Shown: positions 13,901 to 26,366 of the stretch, piece by piece
How positions within the stretch are numbered: the first letter of the stretch is position 1
How the letters are laid out: the number at the start of each line of letters is the position of its first letter
Assembly (NCBI GenBank): GCA_051362555.1
Contig: CM120641.1
Span: forward strand, 37,268,401-37,332,400
DNA from: Lingula anatina
Lineage: Eukaryota > Animalia > Brachiopoda
Length of the DNA: 64,000 nt
Reading direction: 5' to 3'
Notes under the pieces: generated by a model
Databases searched by the model: none
Told to the model about the DNA's origin: nothing
What the model saw: the letters and a program-made list of their open reading frames with translations, nothing else
Made by a program: the position numbers and the translations under genes

Positions 13901-16900
13901 ACCTGATTCAAAAATGGTTCAAACAATAAACAGTGCTTTTGAACTTCTTAAGTCTGATCTTGAAGATACATATACTGCTTCTAGGCAAATGGAGGAGAAG
14001 ATGGAAATTACCTCAGAAGGATTAGGTTTGAACTGTAGACCTAAGTGTGTGCTAGCAATGGGGATGTGTTCTGATAGAAATGAAAGATGGAAAAATAGTA
14101 TGGAGGACTGTAGAGTGTTTCAAGACAGTTTTGGTGAGGATGATAATAAAAGCTTTTTTGCCATTTATGATGGACATGGGGGTGCATATGCTGCAGAAAT
14201 GGCTGCTAGTGAACTCCAGTACTATCTCTTAAGAGAGATGCAGAATTTTGATCCAAATGTTCAGTTTGATCACATTTTTACCATGGATGAATTGGATGAA
14301 AAAGGGTCAAGTAATGGACACAGTTACAGAGGAAAAAGTGGAGGACTATCTGGAAGGAAAAGTCGGGGCCATTCAGAAGCAAAGAAAAAGAAAGATCCTT
14401 ACTCAGAAAATATGTCCTCTGCTTTCATTGAGGCCTACTATCAGACAGATCATTATTTATCATTTGGGAAAGACGAGCAATCTAGAGTGAGGTGGAGTGG
14501 ATGCTCTGCCTTGACTGTGTTATTGCAGAATATATGCCCAGAGGAGTATGTTCTGCCAGATACCCGGGATCAACCAGAAGTCTCAAAGCCTGAGCCTCCT
14601 AAACAACTTGGGCTTCTCCATTTGGCACATGCAGGTTAGGGATGTATATACATAACATGGATATTATAATTGTGAAATTATTTTTCCAGTTCTGGTAAAA
14701 TTATAGAAGTGGTATATAATTTCTGTATGACAGGTCAAGAATCATGGTCAATTGTTCCTCTTTTTAGGCTCTGCATTCATACAATTCTGGATAGAAATTG
14801 AGGTTCGATAAACACAGCATATAGAAAGTTTGCTCACAAAGCAGGATGATCAAGAAAATAGAAATTTAATAATTTTATTGATGTTGATTTCAAATAATGT
14901 TTTGCCTTTAGGAAATGTGCAGGCAATACTGGTGCGTGATAACAGAGCCTACCGTTTGACAAGAAACCACACCCCCACCAATGATAAGGAAAGAGCCCGG
15001 GTTATAAAGGAGGGTAAGGAATACCTGAGACTGCAGTCAAGCTTTAATTTGGACAACTTGAAAAACATTTTTTTTTACTGTTTTAACAAAAGATCATAAA
15101 ATCTCATGGTCTGTAAGTTTTCATTTCATTTTTTTTTTTTTTGCAGCATATACCTTGATGATGATTAATCCTAGCAAATGCTGCAACAATTTTCCAAAAA
15201 CTGAAGTTTTAATCACTAATAGATACTCACTTTTTGTCCTAGTCTGTATATTGTAATGTTCTCTCTCTAGGTGGCTATATCAGTGAAAGTGACAAAAACA
15301 AGTTGGTCAATGGGATACTCTTGGCCACCAGAGGGCTTGGTAACCATGGTGATGTCAAATTGAAGAAGTGTGTCCCATGTGAGCCTTTTACAACTACAGT
15401 ACCCATTGATCAGTATGCTCAGTTCCTCATCTTAGCTTCACATGGAATTTGGGAGGTGTTCAGTGAAAATGAAGCAGCAGCTCTTCTTGTTCAAGTAAGT
15501 ACAAATACAGTGTTCTCATCAGAGGGTTCAAACGTTTTCTGGATTTCATAAAATTGTGTAGTTTTTTCAAAGGATGGTGCATACTTTAAAGGGTGAACCC
15601 ATATCTCAAATTGTTTGATATAAGCAATGTACCTACCTACAATTTTGACTTTATAGAGGTTTACTCCTTTTTATGCTGACAATTTCTATATGGAAAAGGA
15701 ACATATTTGAATCATTAACATAATTTCATAGCTTTTTCAAGAGCTATAGTTGATAGATTGCGGGAATTTTTTAACATTGCTTTTGTAACATTGCTTTTAA
15801 AGACTCAACTGAAGTTTGGGAAAAATAAAAAGGTTTGTCTGGTTGCTGAAATTGCATTTGTTTCATTTTCATTCCTTTTCTTGTTTAATGAATTATGATT
15901 ACTTTTTTATTTTACTTTTGCAAAGATTTGAATAATTTTTTTTCTTTTTATGTCATTTTCACAATTATTTGATTGATGGTGAAAATAAAATGCTTTCATG
16001 CAATGGCAACAAAATAACAAGACTGGACTAAGAAAAGAAGTATTTTGTTGTTTCATTGTTTGCAATCATTTTTGTTTTGGAAAATTGGATTTTGTATACT
16101 CCTTGCTCAGTTATTTTGTTTTGCACTCATGCATTTTAGATACATATTTTTAGAATGAAACTCGGAAAGGTTACAAATTTTCTCTCTTTTAATTAGTTTT
16201 ATTCTCCAGATGCTGTCTGTGCAGAATCCAGTTTTTTTTCTGACCAGTTTGCATTAATATTTGTTAAATTTATAAACATTGTTTGAAAATGTCTGACATT
16301 TAAATGATTGACATTTTCCAATCACTGCTGGTCTCGGTAGCCTTGAAATGTCAATTATGAGTTGCTTTAAGGAAAAAAAAACGACTAAAGCACTTGTTTT
16401 AGGGGAGAATTATAATTTAAATGAAAACAGAAATCAGAATGTATTAATTTTTACTGTTATGTTTAAAGGGATAATAACTCTTCGTTTTGGCCAAAAAATG
16501 AATTTTCCTGGTGTAAACAACAATTTTTCCATACTTACCAATGGTTAATGAATCCACTTATACATTCAAAGTCAGTCCCTGGTTTTTTTCTAAAAAGTTT
16601 GTTTTTTGTTAAAATCTCTTAAGAGATTTTAACAGAGTATAGCCATCAATGGAGGTCACGTGGTTTAAAGACAAGCTCAGATATCAGAATAATAGCTATA
16701 ACTGCCATTTTTGTGGTAAAACAATATATTATATTTCTATGAGTTATTCTCAATGTTTTTATTGTGAAATATAGATCTCATACGAAGAGTTATTATCCCT
16801 TTAAATTTAGTTTTGAAAGCTATACAAGAATATATCTGAAAGTGGTTTTCATGACAAACATGAAAAAACAAAGAGGCCATCAGAAAAAAAAATTAAGTCT

Positions 16901-17534
16901 TCTAATTATTTTTCTATTCTAGCTCCTACCATCAAACCAAATCCCAGCACCAAGTGTAGTAAGCACAAGTGTCAACTTACTCCTTGCTGAATACAATGCG
17001 CGTGGACAGTCCAACATGGAGGATATCGATGCAAGTATCTATACTCCAATGTCCAAGGCATATGACCAGCGGAACAAATCCCAGCAGAGCAACATGAGAA
17101 AGTTGTCCTTCAATGATGAAATAAATATAGACAGTGTGTCTGTGACTTCAAAGAAAAGTGCAGGAAAAACCAATGTTATGAACAAGCAGGCCCAGTCACC
17201 GATTCTAGAACAGCATGAGGAAAATAACAAGCCACTGGCTGAGAATCACCTCAAGCCAAATTATGATCCCGATGACATGAGAACTGAGATTGGTAGTAAC
17301 ACTGGGTATGAGTCTGGTCATGAATCAGGGGAGGAGGGAGATGTAGAGTCAATGACGGATTTGTTGTCCATGCCCGGTCAGTCTGGGCGGTCATCCTTTG
17401 CTCTGACCAGGGAGGACATTCAGAGGGACTTTGCGAAAGTCATGTCTGAGAGACTTGTACATGCTGCATTGTTAGCCGGTGCCAAGGATAATATAACTGC
17501 AATGGTGATCTTGTTTCCTGGGTGTGGTTTGTAA
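10906..17534 (+). CDS. PP2D1: Protein phosphatase 2C-like domain-containing protein 1
   Basis: Exons 10906-11017, 13666-14634, 14912-15013, 15271-15494, 16923-17534, all in phase. PP2C motifs SMED, FFAIYDGHGG, SGCSA, LTRNHTP, TRGLGN, AKDNIT. The degenerate HAGNVQA and LASHGIW variants are characteristic of PP2D1. The first exon assignment is less certain. Confidence 0.88.
13360..13572. mobile_element. Degenerate TIR MITE remnant in PP2D1 intron 1
   Basis: Left cccatttccatagattagatcgacc and right gatcgatctaaaatctatgggaatagagcc form an imperfect inverted repeat. No clear TSD. Confidence 0.45.
16467..16800. mobile_element. Kolobok-type MITE (TTAA target duplication) in the last PP2D1 intron
   Basis: TTAA|agggataataactcttcgt ... 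acgaagagttattatccct|TTAA: 19-bp perfect TIRs beginning AGG, flanked by TTAA. Confidence 0.8.
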
Positions 17535-19092
17535 TCGGTCTGTACATGAACTAATGATATCCCTGTACAGTGAATTCTGAGGTGGCTTTGAAGGTTCGTG
17601 TGGGAAGGAAAGGATAGGTGCTTTTGCTGCTGCTTTCCTTTTTTATGCACACCTCATTGCTGCTGTCAGTTTCTGAAATTATGTGTCTGAGATATCTAAA
17701 TTCTTCCGCATCTTCTGGTCAGATATATCAGTGGAGATGGGTGGAGGGTGGTCTGTTGTAAGGAGATGGGGTAGGAATACCAATTCTGTTTTCCCAAGAT
17801 TGATGGTTGATTAGAGGGCAAGGCCCATCAAACTTGTTGACAGTGAGTGGAAGGGCAAATTGCTGTGTATGCTATGAGAGCACAGTCATCAACAAAAAGA
17901 TTTTTTAAAATCACTGACCTGGTTCTATGTATGGAATATATGATATGGTGGTTGTGTTTTCAGAGTACCGATTGATCCACAGTATCTGATAAGGTGGAGG
18001 GCCCAAGAAAAAAATCTGATTCTTATGGTTGTATTGTAATTGTTCAACCATAACTTTGCAGATATAGGGTTAAAATCACTATTGGTGGTCAGATAAAGTG
18101 TTGAGTGATATAATTTTTACATCATATCCAGGATTGGTTGGTGTTTTGCAAGCAGTGTATTATGATCAGAAGTAAATAATGTATCAGCCAGCTATATATT
18201 ATGAAGAATCATTTTACACCATTAATTAGAGTGTATCAAGCCAGTTTTTAAATATAATATGATGTATATAGTAATCTTGATTTCTTTTTTTTATGTCTGT
18301 GATTTTGTTCAGTGATTCTGCCCACCTTCTTAAGGTCTGTCATTTAGAACGGTTTTTTAAACATATTTTGTTTTTGTTAAGAGTATATGCAAGACAATTT
18401 TTTTGATTCTTTATTTACAGGTCATATTCTTTCCCCATATAGATGAATCAGATGTTTTTTATTGGAATTAAATGTTTTTTAATGGCGGTTATACAATGAA
18501 CTAAGAGCTATTGAACTTTGTAAGACTGACATTTTGAATAATACAGAAGCTTTATTTACATTTTTACAGTTGTGGCACTTTTTATGGTCTGCTTTTAAGA
18601 TGTGTAAAATGTGTAAAAATTGCAGTAATACCCAACAATGTAAAAAACCATACACTGATAGTCTACATCAAAACTGGTAAAAGTGCAATATAAATGTTTC
18701 AGCAAATTACAATTAAAACTGAATAACATTTTAAAATGGTGAGTATCAAGTTTATATTGATATGTCACAGAGAATAACAACAAAATTATAAAGCTAACAT
18801 TATTGCTTTATGTTAGTAAACAAGGGTTGGCACAAGAAACTTGTCTGACATATACAGCAAGATACCCATACAATGGCAATATATATGAACCCTAAACTAA
18901 AATACAAATCTGTAAACGTTTTAAAATGATATGTGATACACCTACAAAATTTAGATGGTTTTTATCTTTTTCGCTTGATAAACATACAGTAAAAATTCCC
19001 CATGTTCATTCATTAGCATGCACAAAATATCAGTTCAATGGAAGTAGACGTGATTTCAGTTTTTCTAAGGACTGCTTCATTGTGTTTGTGAT

Positions 19093-22000
19093 TTATGACT
19101 GCAACTGAGCTGCCTGAATCTCATCTAACACACCTCTGAAGGACTCAACACTGACGTGCCCCTTGGGATGCCTTTGAGATGCCATTTTCCATAAGTCATC
19201 AAATGTATCGAGTGTCATCTTGACTCCAATATTTGTAAAAATTTCTTTGATCTGCAATCACAAGAAAATCTGTTTTAAAATTCAATCTTATTTTTTTGTC
19301 ATGATTAGACAAAATTTCTTTAATGGGCAAAAATAAATAAATTAATTAATAAATAAATAAATAATAAATTTAGGATTGATGTTTACTGTTTGCTTGACAG
19401 TTCAAATTTTAATTACCTCTTCTTTTGGTCTTGGAAGGAGGAAATCTTTTTCATGCACCCCCTGAACACTGTAAATGGAAGGATTTAGAAGGCCATATGC
19501 ATCAGACTCATCTCCATAATTTTTGGTATCATCAATTCTTCTGATACGTGGAACCGGAATGTCTGATCTTATTGTTGGAACTCCATAGGAACGGTAGTCT
19601 GAAAAATAACAGTTGCAAAATATAATAAATAACATTTCTCATATTTTGCCATCAGAAAAGTAAAATGGATCAAGGCATTATGGTTAAGATTGTTTGTAGT
19701 AATTAATATCATAAAAGTTCATTCAGAGAGAACATTAAGAGTTTAAAATTTACCTTTTGTGGACAATCCTCCAACAACTGCACTGATAACGGATGAACTT
19801 GTTTTCTGTTGAGTTATAGCATCGTCTATTTGTTTTTGCAGTCTCCTTGGGGTGCTAGCTCTGCTCTGGGGACTCTTGGGTACCAAATCTTTATCTTCTA
19901 CCACTGCATTAGAAGTGTGTGCTGTTTCATCTGTAAGAAAAAAAAATAATTACATAACTAAATAAGATTTTAATTGCTTTTACTCTGCTGTTATTGGATA
20001 TACCTGTGGTTTGCTTGCATCTACTGCTATCAATTACAGAGCAACTATCAATTTTTTCTGCTCTAAGTAACCTACCTTTTTTGTCAGGAAATCCGCTTGG
20101 CAGTTTGTCTTTCCAGTTGAGGAAGTTGGCAAATTCCACATAGTCAATAAAACCATCTTTATTTGCATCACAGCAATCCATTAATTGAACCAACAGTTCT
20201 GGCTCCACAGGCAGGTTGAACTGGGCACACACCTCATGGAGGTTGTTGATATCAATTTTACCAGTTCCATCCTGAAACATGACAAAAAATTGCAATTTAA
20301 AACCTTGCTTGGTCTAACTATTACATTTTCTTTCAGGTAGTTCTTTTTGCCATACTGCAAGTTACCACAAATTAGCACTTCATATGAAAACGATTGTAAA
20401 TGAAAAAATTGTGGCATACTTGCATTTGTAGTCAAAAGGTTGAAATTAAGATCCTTGAAAAAGAAATTGGTAAGTCAATTACGTACCTTGTCATAAAATT
20501 TGAAAGCATGCAGCAAGTTCTCAAAACTGTGGTAGTTGGCCTTCTTCAAATGTTGCCTGATTGCTGCCAGCACTCCACGCTGCCTGTCTTTTCCTCTCAG
20601 ATATTCCCCTGGCACACGTCCATGCATCAAGTCACCAGCTCCATAGGTATCTGGCTTGACAAGGATACCAAAAGTGTGGTCTGGTGGGACACGCAATGTG
20701 TCTTTAATCCTAAAAGAAAATTTGTACAAAAATTGAATGAGTGGATAAAAATATTTCTCAGAGAAATTTCAATATACAGATGTATATTGAAAATTTTTAA
20801 AGGGTTAAAATATGAAAAAAATATCATTTTTGTCCTATTTTAACATTTAAAATGACATAATCAAACTTTACTATCATCAGCTAGAGGGGTACCTTGAAGA
20901 TTTTTAAAGAATATTTAGTAGTCTTCACTGTCTTTTTTTATAATACTTTTTAGCACACTGAATAATAAAAGAGCAAAAATAGATATATTTACGGATCATG
21001 CACTTGACCCAACTGTGGCTCTGTTCTTTCTCTGAAGTCATCAACTCTTTTGGACACAATTTTGGCAGCCTTCTCACTCTGCAGCTCATGCAGCCACTTC
21101 AAGGACTTCTTAGTGAGTCCTCCTGTGTTATCATGTGGGGTGGGAACACCATACAATTTCATTTTACCATAATTTGGTGGGGCATATTTTCTGTCCTTTG
21201 ATTCACCAACCAAATAATCTCGATGGGATTTTCTGTACAAATCTCTTCCAACCTCTGACTCTTCTTCTACCTGAAGAGGTGACTTGTTTGGGTTTATCAG
21301 AATACCAGCTCCAATATCTGAAACACAAGAAGTGGTGTCATTAATAATGTGAGACTTTCTGTTCAATTCTTTAACTGTCTTATTCCTATATAAGTGGAGC
21401 TCTAAATATTTATCTATTCATGATCTGATAAGACCTATGAATGAAGCAACATTTGTTTGATTTGCAGTAGTAACTGTTGTAAACACCCACTTATTAATGT
21501 CATTCGATATCTAAACTTACCTCTTTCAGTAAGAATACCAAAAGTAACATTGTCTACATCAAGGCCCTCTGGGAAGCCTGGTTTCTGATCATGAGATTTC
21601 CCAAGTGGTCCTCTCCTGTGACTAGCATACAACTGCTCTTTCTTTTGGTTCAGCTTGTACTTAAATAATGTTAATGGCTGAGGGTTGAGTAACTTCCCAG
21701 CAGCAATAGAAGGCTGTGCCACCAGTCCATGGGTCATGTCAGCTGCCCATCTCAAATGTGGATCATATGCCTTGCCATAAAATACAGATGGCTTGCCTGC
21801 ATCTGGGCGAAGAGTGGCCCTAAACCTGCGTACTGATTCTGGAGATAGTGGCTGAAATACACATGAAGTGAAGGTTAACAAAGTAATTTGAAAACCATTT
21901 AGATGTAAGTATGTCATATTTAAAGATTAAATTTTAACATTCAAAGCTTTATCAAATACCTGAGTGCTATAAGAACAAAAATAAATCAAAACAACTGTAA

Positions 22001-22571
22001 CTAATTGATATGACTTATGTTAATTGAAGCTCCTTGTATCAAACTGTTATGTAAGAATATTAAAATTTTCACCCCTTGAATGAAAATATAGCGTTGGCAA
22101 ATTCTGATGCATCACTGGTTTATCTTATTTAAAACTCAATTAAATGTTTATTACACAAAAATTAATAACTCACCCTTGCTGGTGGTGTTAAACACTGATA
22201 GGCAGAATCTCCTGTTGCTGTTAATTTACCAGCCTACAATGTAATATATCATTTGATAATTGTGTAATTCTAACAATATATATGCCGGCAATATGTAGAT
22301 CTACCGGTATATTAGACATTTGTTAAAATAAAAAGAAAAAAGAGATATTTCAAATGAAAAAAAATATATATATATAAAAATGATATTGCCATCATTAAGG
22401 CGATCATTTAAAACTAAAAAAAAGTACATATTTTTCTCAACTTACTGCTGAAATATCTGGATTTCTGTCTCTGTATTTCCCTGCATAAATGCTCTGTGTT
22501 ACTATGTTAGGCAGCTTCAGTTGATCGCCGCTTTGGGAGACAGCTGGCTTCGTTTCTGCCTCTGTTGTCAT
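19093..22571 (-). CDS. EFHB: EF-hand domain-containing family member B (ciliary microtubule inner protein, CFAP21)
   Basis: Minus-strand exons 22571-22446, 22233-22174, 21851-21521, 21317-20993, 20709-20487, 20271-20076, 19930-19754, 19598-19417, 19251-19093. EF hands YDKDGTGKID and DANKDGFIDYVEF. EFHB-like segments YGVPTIRSDIP, NYGDESDAYGLLNPS, GHVSVESFR. Confidence 0.9.
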
Positions 22572-22990
22572 TATTTCATTTACTGTATCACGTATAATCA
22601 GGTTTGTAGAGTTCCTTTAAACCGTTTCAATGTTCCTACAAGGCAGACTAATAGATGCGCCTTGGGCTTTGTGCTACAACTTCAACAAAACACACCAAGG
22701 TAGTTCCCAACCAAAACACATTTGTTTGACCTATCCCATGGCAACCAGGTCAAGGTGAAGGTTAAGTTATATGAAATATTAAAAAAGTGATATAGATAAT
22801 ATTTACAGTGATTTTCTATTCTTATTGATATTTGTTTAATTTGAGAGAGTTGTGATTATTTTCAAAGTTGAAATATTAAAAAATTGACTTTCCTGTTTCT
22901 TTCATCGAGATTTTTATTCTATTTCCGGATTGACATCACTTCATGGGGTTTTCATTGGCTGTCCATGGACAGGCCACATCACAAGCTCAG
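22572..22990. promoter_or_regulatory. Bidirectional EFHB/RAB5 promoter region
   Basis: Lies between the EFHB ATG (-) and the RAB5 non-coding exon 1 (donor ttg|gtgagt at 23293). Contains an RFX X-box-like GTTGCCATGG (minus strand, about 22736-22745, fitting a ciliary gene), AGGTCAAGGTGA at 22747, ETS-like atttccgg at 22921, tgacatca and an inverted CCAAT near 22956. The TSS positions are not determined. Confidence 0.55.
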
Positions 22991-24275
22991 TCCCCTTTTA
23001 GCAAATAATCCGAAAAAAGAATAAAGCTTTTTGATTTTCAATAAAAGCTGTCATTCCATTAGTTTTGAGTGTAGGGAACACAATTCCTACGATAATACAT
23101 TGCATTTGAATTTCTTAAACAGAAAAACGTATTTCCATACGCGCGGATGGATATATTTTTTCGCAAGTAGTGCAATGTACCATCAGAGGGTGGAACGAAG
23201 TAGTGAATATCCAATATTTTGATATAGTGACCCATACTTTTCCCAAGGTCAGAATCAAGCTTACTTTAATCCATCAACAGGAAATAGTCTTTGGTGAGTA
23301 TGCTTTGATTTAAGCTGTAGCATTAATTGAAACTATCTCGCTTTTGATTGAAATTCAACGTCATATTAGAAGGGTGTTCAATACGACAGTGTCCTGGGTC
23401 TGGGGGATGATGGGAGATGATGGTGCGAAAATATGCGGAAAGCCAAGATAAGAAGCTTCCTTAAATAGAATTGCTTCTTTTTACACATTTAATATGGATT
23501 GCCCACATTTATGACCGTTTTTCTCTTCTTATTGAATAGATCATATCGCCTCTTTTAATTGGTGCTATGCACAAGGGCCACACGAGCCTTTGGGTAAAAA
23601 TATCAGATGATGTTGTGACGTTATGTTATGTATGAGTATGATGCGTCACGACTTTCAGTGTCTTTAAATGATCTTTCTTGTATATGGTACAATCAAGTTA
23701 ATGGAGGGTCATAGACACCAGATAAACATATCTAACCTGATAGTTGCTTTTTAATAATAATAATAATAATATTTCTTATATCTTAAGAGATCACTTAGAA
23801 GACAAAGCCAAATTGAGGTCACAGTGAGGCCATTTCAATAGCCTCTACAGTATGACTTTGTAACCCCATACGACAAAAGGGCACTTGGATAACTGTTATC
23901 ACCTGAAAATTTGTGCTGAAGTGCCAAATGCCAAAAGCCTTTAATCATACAAGTGCACTTAGCATGTCAAAAATGTTTTCTCTTTATCATTGTGCTATTT
24001 CCTCTTTCTTTATAATGCAAGTGATATTTACTGAAAAGTAGTCTTTCAGTGTTGTGGTTTAACTTCCAGTGCTAACTGTCATGTCCCCAAATTTGTAGAA
24101 TGAGGTCAGTATATATATAAAACCATGACATTTGACACAGAACTGACAAGTTGAAGTGGTGTTTTCAGTAAGCGGCAGGCCTCACATCTGTCAAGTGACA
24201 TGGGCTTTGGTTGTATTGATTACATTAGAACAGTACCTTAATATAAACATGATAAATATATTTTGTAAGTAATTG

Positions 24276-25903
24276 TACCACCAGCGTTAGCGCTGGCGGT
24301 ACACATGGTTTCGGTCTCGTCCGGATCGTTCCGCCGGCTCCGCCGGACGGCTACCGTTACCGCTTCTCCTCCTAGACGGTAAGGCCCCCCATACCCATCT
24401 CATGGATTTAGGTCACCTATAATCTCAACTCGTTCCACGTAAAATTTGGGCTTTGTCGGTATTGGGGTCTGGGTGTGGCACTCATTGCAATGCACCCTTG
24501 TCCAAAAATGGCAAAATTAAATGCTAATTATCTACCCTACGGAAGGAGTTACGGGAAAAATTTCTACAGACGGCTTTCCAAAAGTCATATGTGTAGATTT
24601 CAAATATACCCTCGGATTTGACCTTTGACCTTTACTTCAAGGTCAAATGGGCCAAAATTTTCAAAAAAATGAAATTTTTTACGAAAAAAAAATTTTTTGC
24701 CCTGTTATTCAGACACCACACAGACTTAACCAATAATATTATTGGAAAGTGTTACCCTTCAGGTCATCTTTCATCTCCGTGAATTTGGGGTCAATCGGTG
24801 CATTTTCACAGGAGTAGCGGCCATAAGATACCGAAACTGAAAACTGTCTCTAATTCGGGAACCGTTAATGCTAGAGACCCATTCTTTTTTGCATTTTGTA
24901 GAGCATGTAAAGCCCAACACTGGAGGTGGTCTCGGTTTTTTTGTATTCCATACGGTTTTCGAGTTACGCTGTATCAAAAAGTACATATTGGTGGTGAAAG
25001 GAAAATGTACGGAAGCCCACTGGTGCCATATGTAGAAAAAAAAATTATCTCGAAATTTCGAGATACTATTTTGAAATTTGAACAAAAACATTTACCACCA
25101 GCGTTAGCGCTGGCGGTACACATGGTTTCGGTCCCGTCCGGTCCGTTCCGCCGGCTCCGCCGCCATGTTACCGTTACCGCTTCTCCTCCTAGACGGTAAG
25201 GGCCCCCGTACCCATCTCATGGATTTAGGTCACCTATAATCTCAACTCGTTCCACGTAAAATTTGGGCTTTGTCGGTATTGGGGTCTGGGTGTGGCACTC
25301 ATTGCAATGCACCCTTGTCTAAAAATGGCAAAATTAAATGCTAATTATCTACCCTACAGAAGGAGTTACGGGAAAAATTTCTATAGACGGCTTTCCAAAA
25401 GTCATATGTGTAGATTTCAAATATACCCTCGGATTTGACCTTTGACCTTTACTTCAAGGTCAAATGGGTCAAAATTTTCAAAAAAATGAAATTTTTTACG
25501 AAAAAAAATTTTTTTGCCCTGTTATTCAGACGCCACACAGACTTAACCAATAATATTATTGGAAAGTGTTACCCTTCAGGTCATCTTTCATCTCCGTGAA
25601 TTTGGGGTCAATCGGTGCATTTTCACAGGAGTAGCGGCCATAAGATACCGAAACTGAAAACTGTCTCTAATTCGGGAACCGTTAATGCTAGAGACCCATT
25701 CTTTTTTGCATTTTGTAGAGCATGTAAAGCCCAACACTGAAGGTGGTCTCGGTTTTTTTGTATTCCATACGGTTTTCGAGTTACGCTGTATCAGAAAGTA
25801 CATATTGGTGGTGAAAGGAAAATGTACGGAAGCCGACTGGTGCCATATGTAGAAAAAAAAATTATCTCGAAATTTCGAGATACTATTTTGAAATTTGAAC
25901 AAA
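24276..25903 (+). repeat. Tandem duplication of the ~817-bp 5' arm of the element
   Basis: taccaccagcgttagcgctggcggtacacatgg starts at both 24276 and 25093, and the two copies stay near-identical throughout. Confidence 0.92.
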
Positions 25904-26115
25904 AAAATTTTTTATCTCGAAATTTCGAGATAGCATTTTGAAATTTGAACAAAAAAAAATTATCTCGAAATTTCGAGATAGCATTTTGATATTTGAGCAA
26001 AAAAATTTATCTCGAAATTTCGAGATAGTATTTTGAAATTTGAACAAAAAAAATGCTATCTCGAAATTTCGAGATAATTTTTTTTTTCAACATATGGCAC
26101 CAGTCGGCTTCCGTA
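25825..26115. repeat. Inverted-repeat-bounded array of a 20-bp palindrome
   Basis: TATCTCGAAATTTCGAGATA at 25863, 25913, 25961, 26008 and 26057 (about 48-bp period), flanked by tacggaagccgactggtgccatatgt / acatatggcaccagtcggcttccgta. Confidence 0.9.
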
Positions 26116-26366
26116 AAAATGTGCAGTACGGTAATGGATAATAAATTTTGAACTCCGGAAAAATAAAACATAATGCTTGGCAAAGCAGACAACTTGTGGT
26201 CAAAAATGACATTATTTTATCAAATTTAAACTTCTGCAACTTCAGAGAACCTCCCATTTCAAGAACTTTGACCAAAATGACCTTTTCTTTATTTTAATTA
26301 ATTTTTTCTGTAGGAAATTTATGGCACATTATGGTAACTCCAAAATTATAACATTTAGTCCCTTAT

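Noticed and set aside
23611-23652. Possible pre-miRNA hairpin in RAB5 intron 1
   Set aside because: Only about 10 contiguous pairs, and the rest depends on G-U pairs; no recognisable miRNA seed.
25863-26076. CRISPR-like array of palindromic repeats
   Set aside because: The spacers are near-identical A/T tracts, there are no cas genes, and it lies in a eukaryotic intron inside a transposon.
24771-26275. ORFs of 60-133 aa on both strands in the repeat element
   Set aside because: They are translations of duplicated non-coding repeat with no Rep/helicase or transposase motifs.
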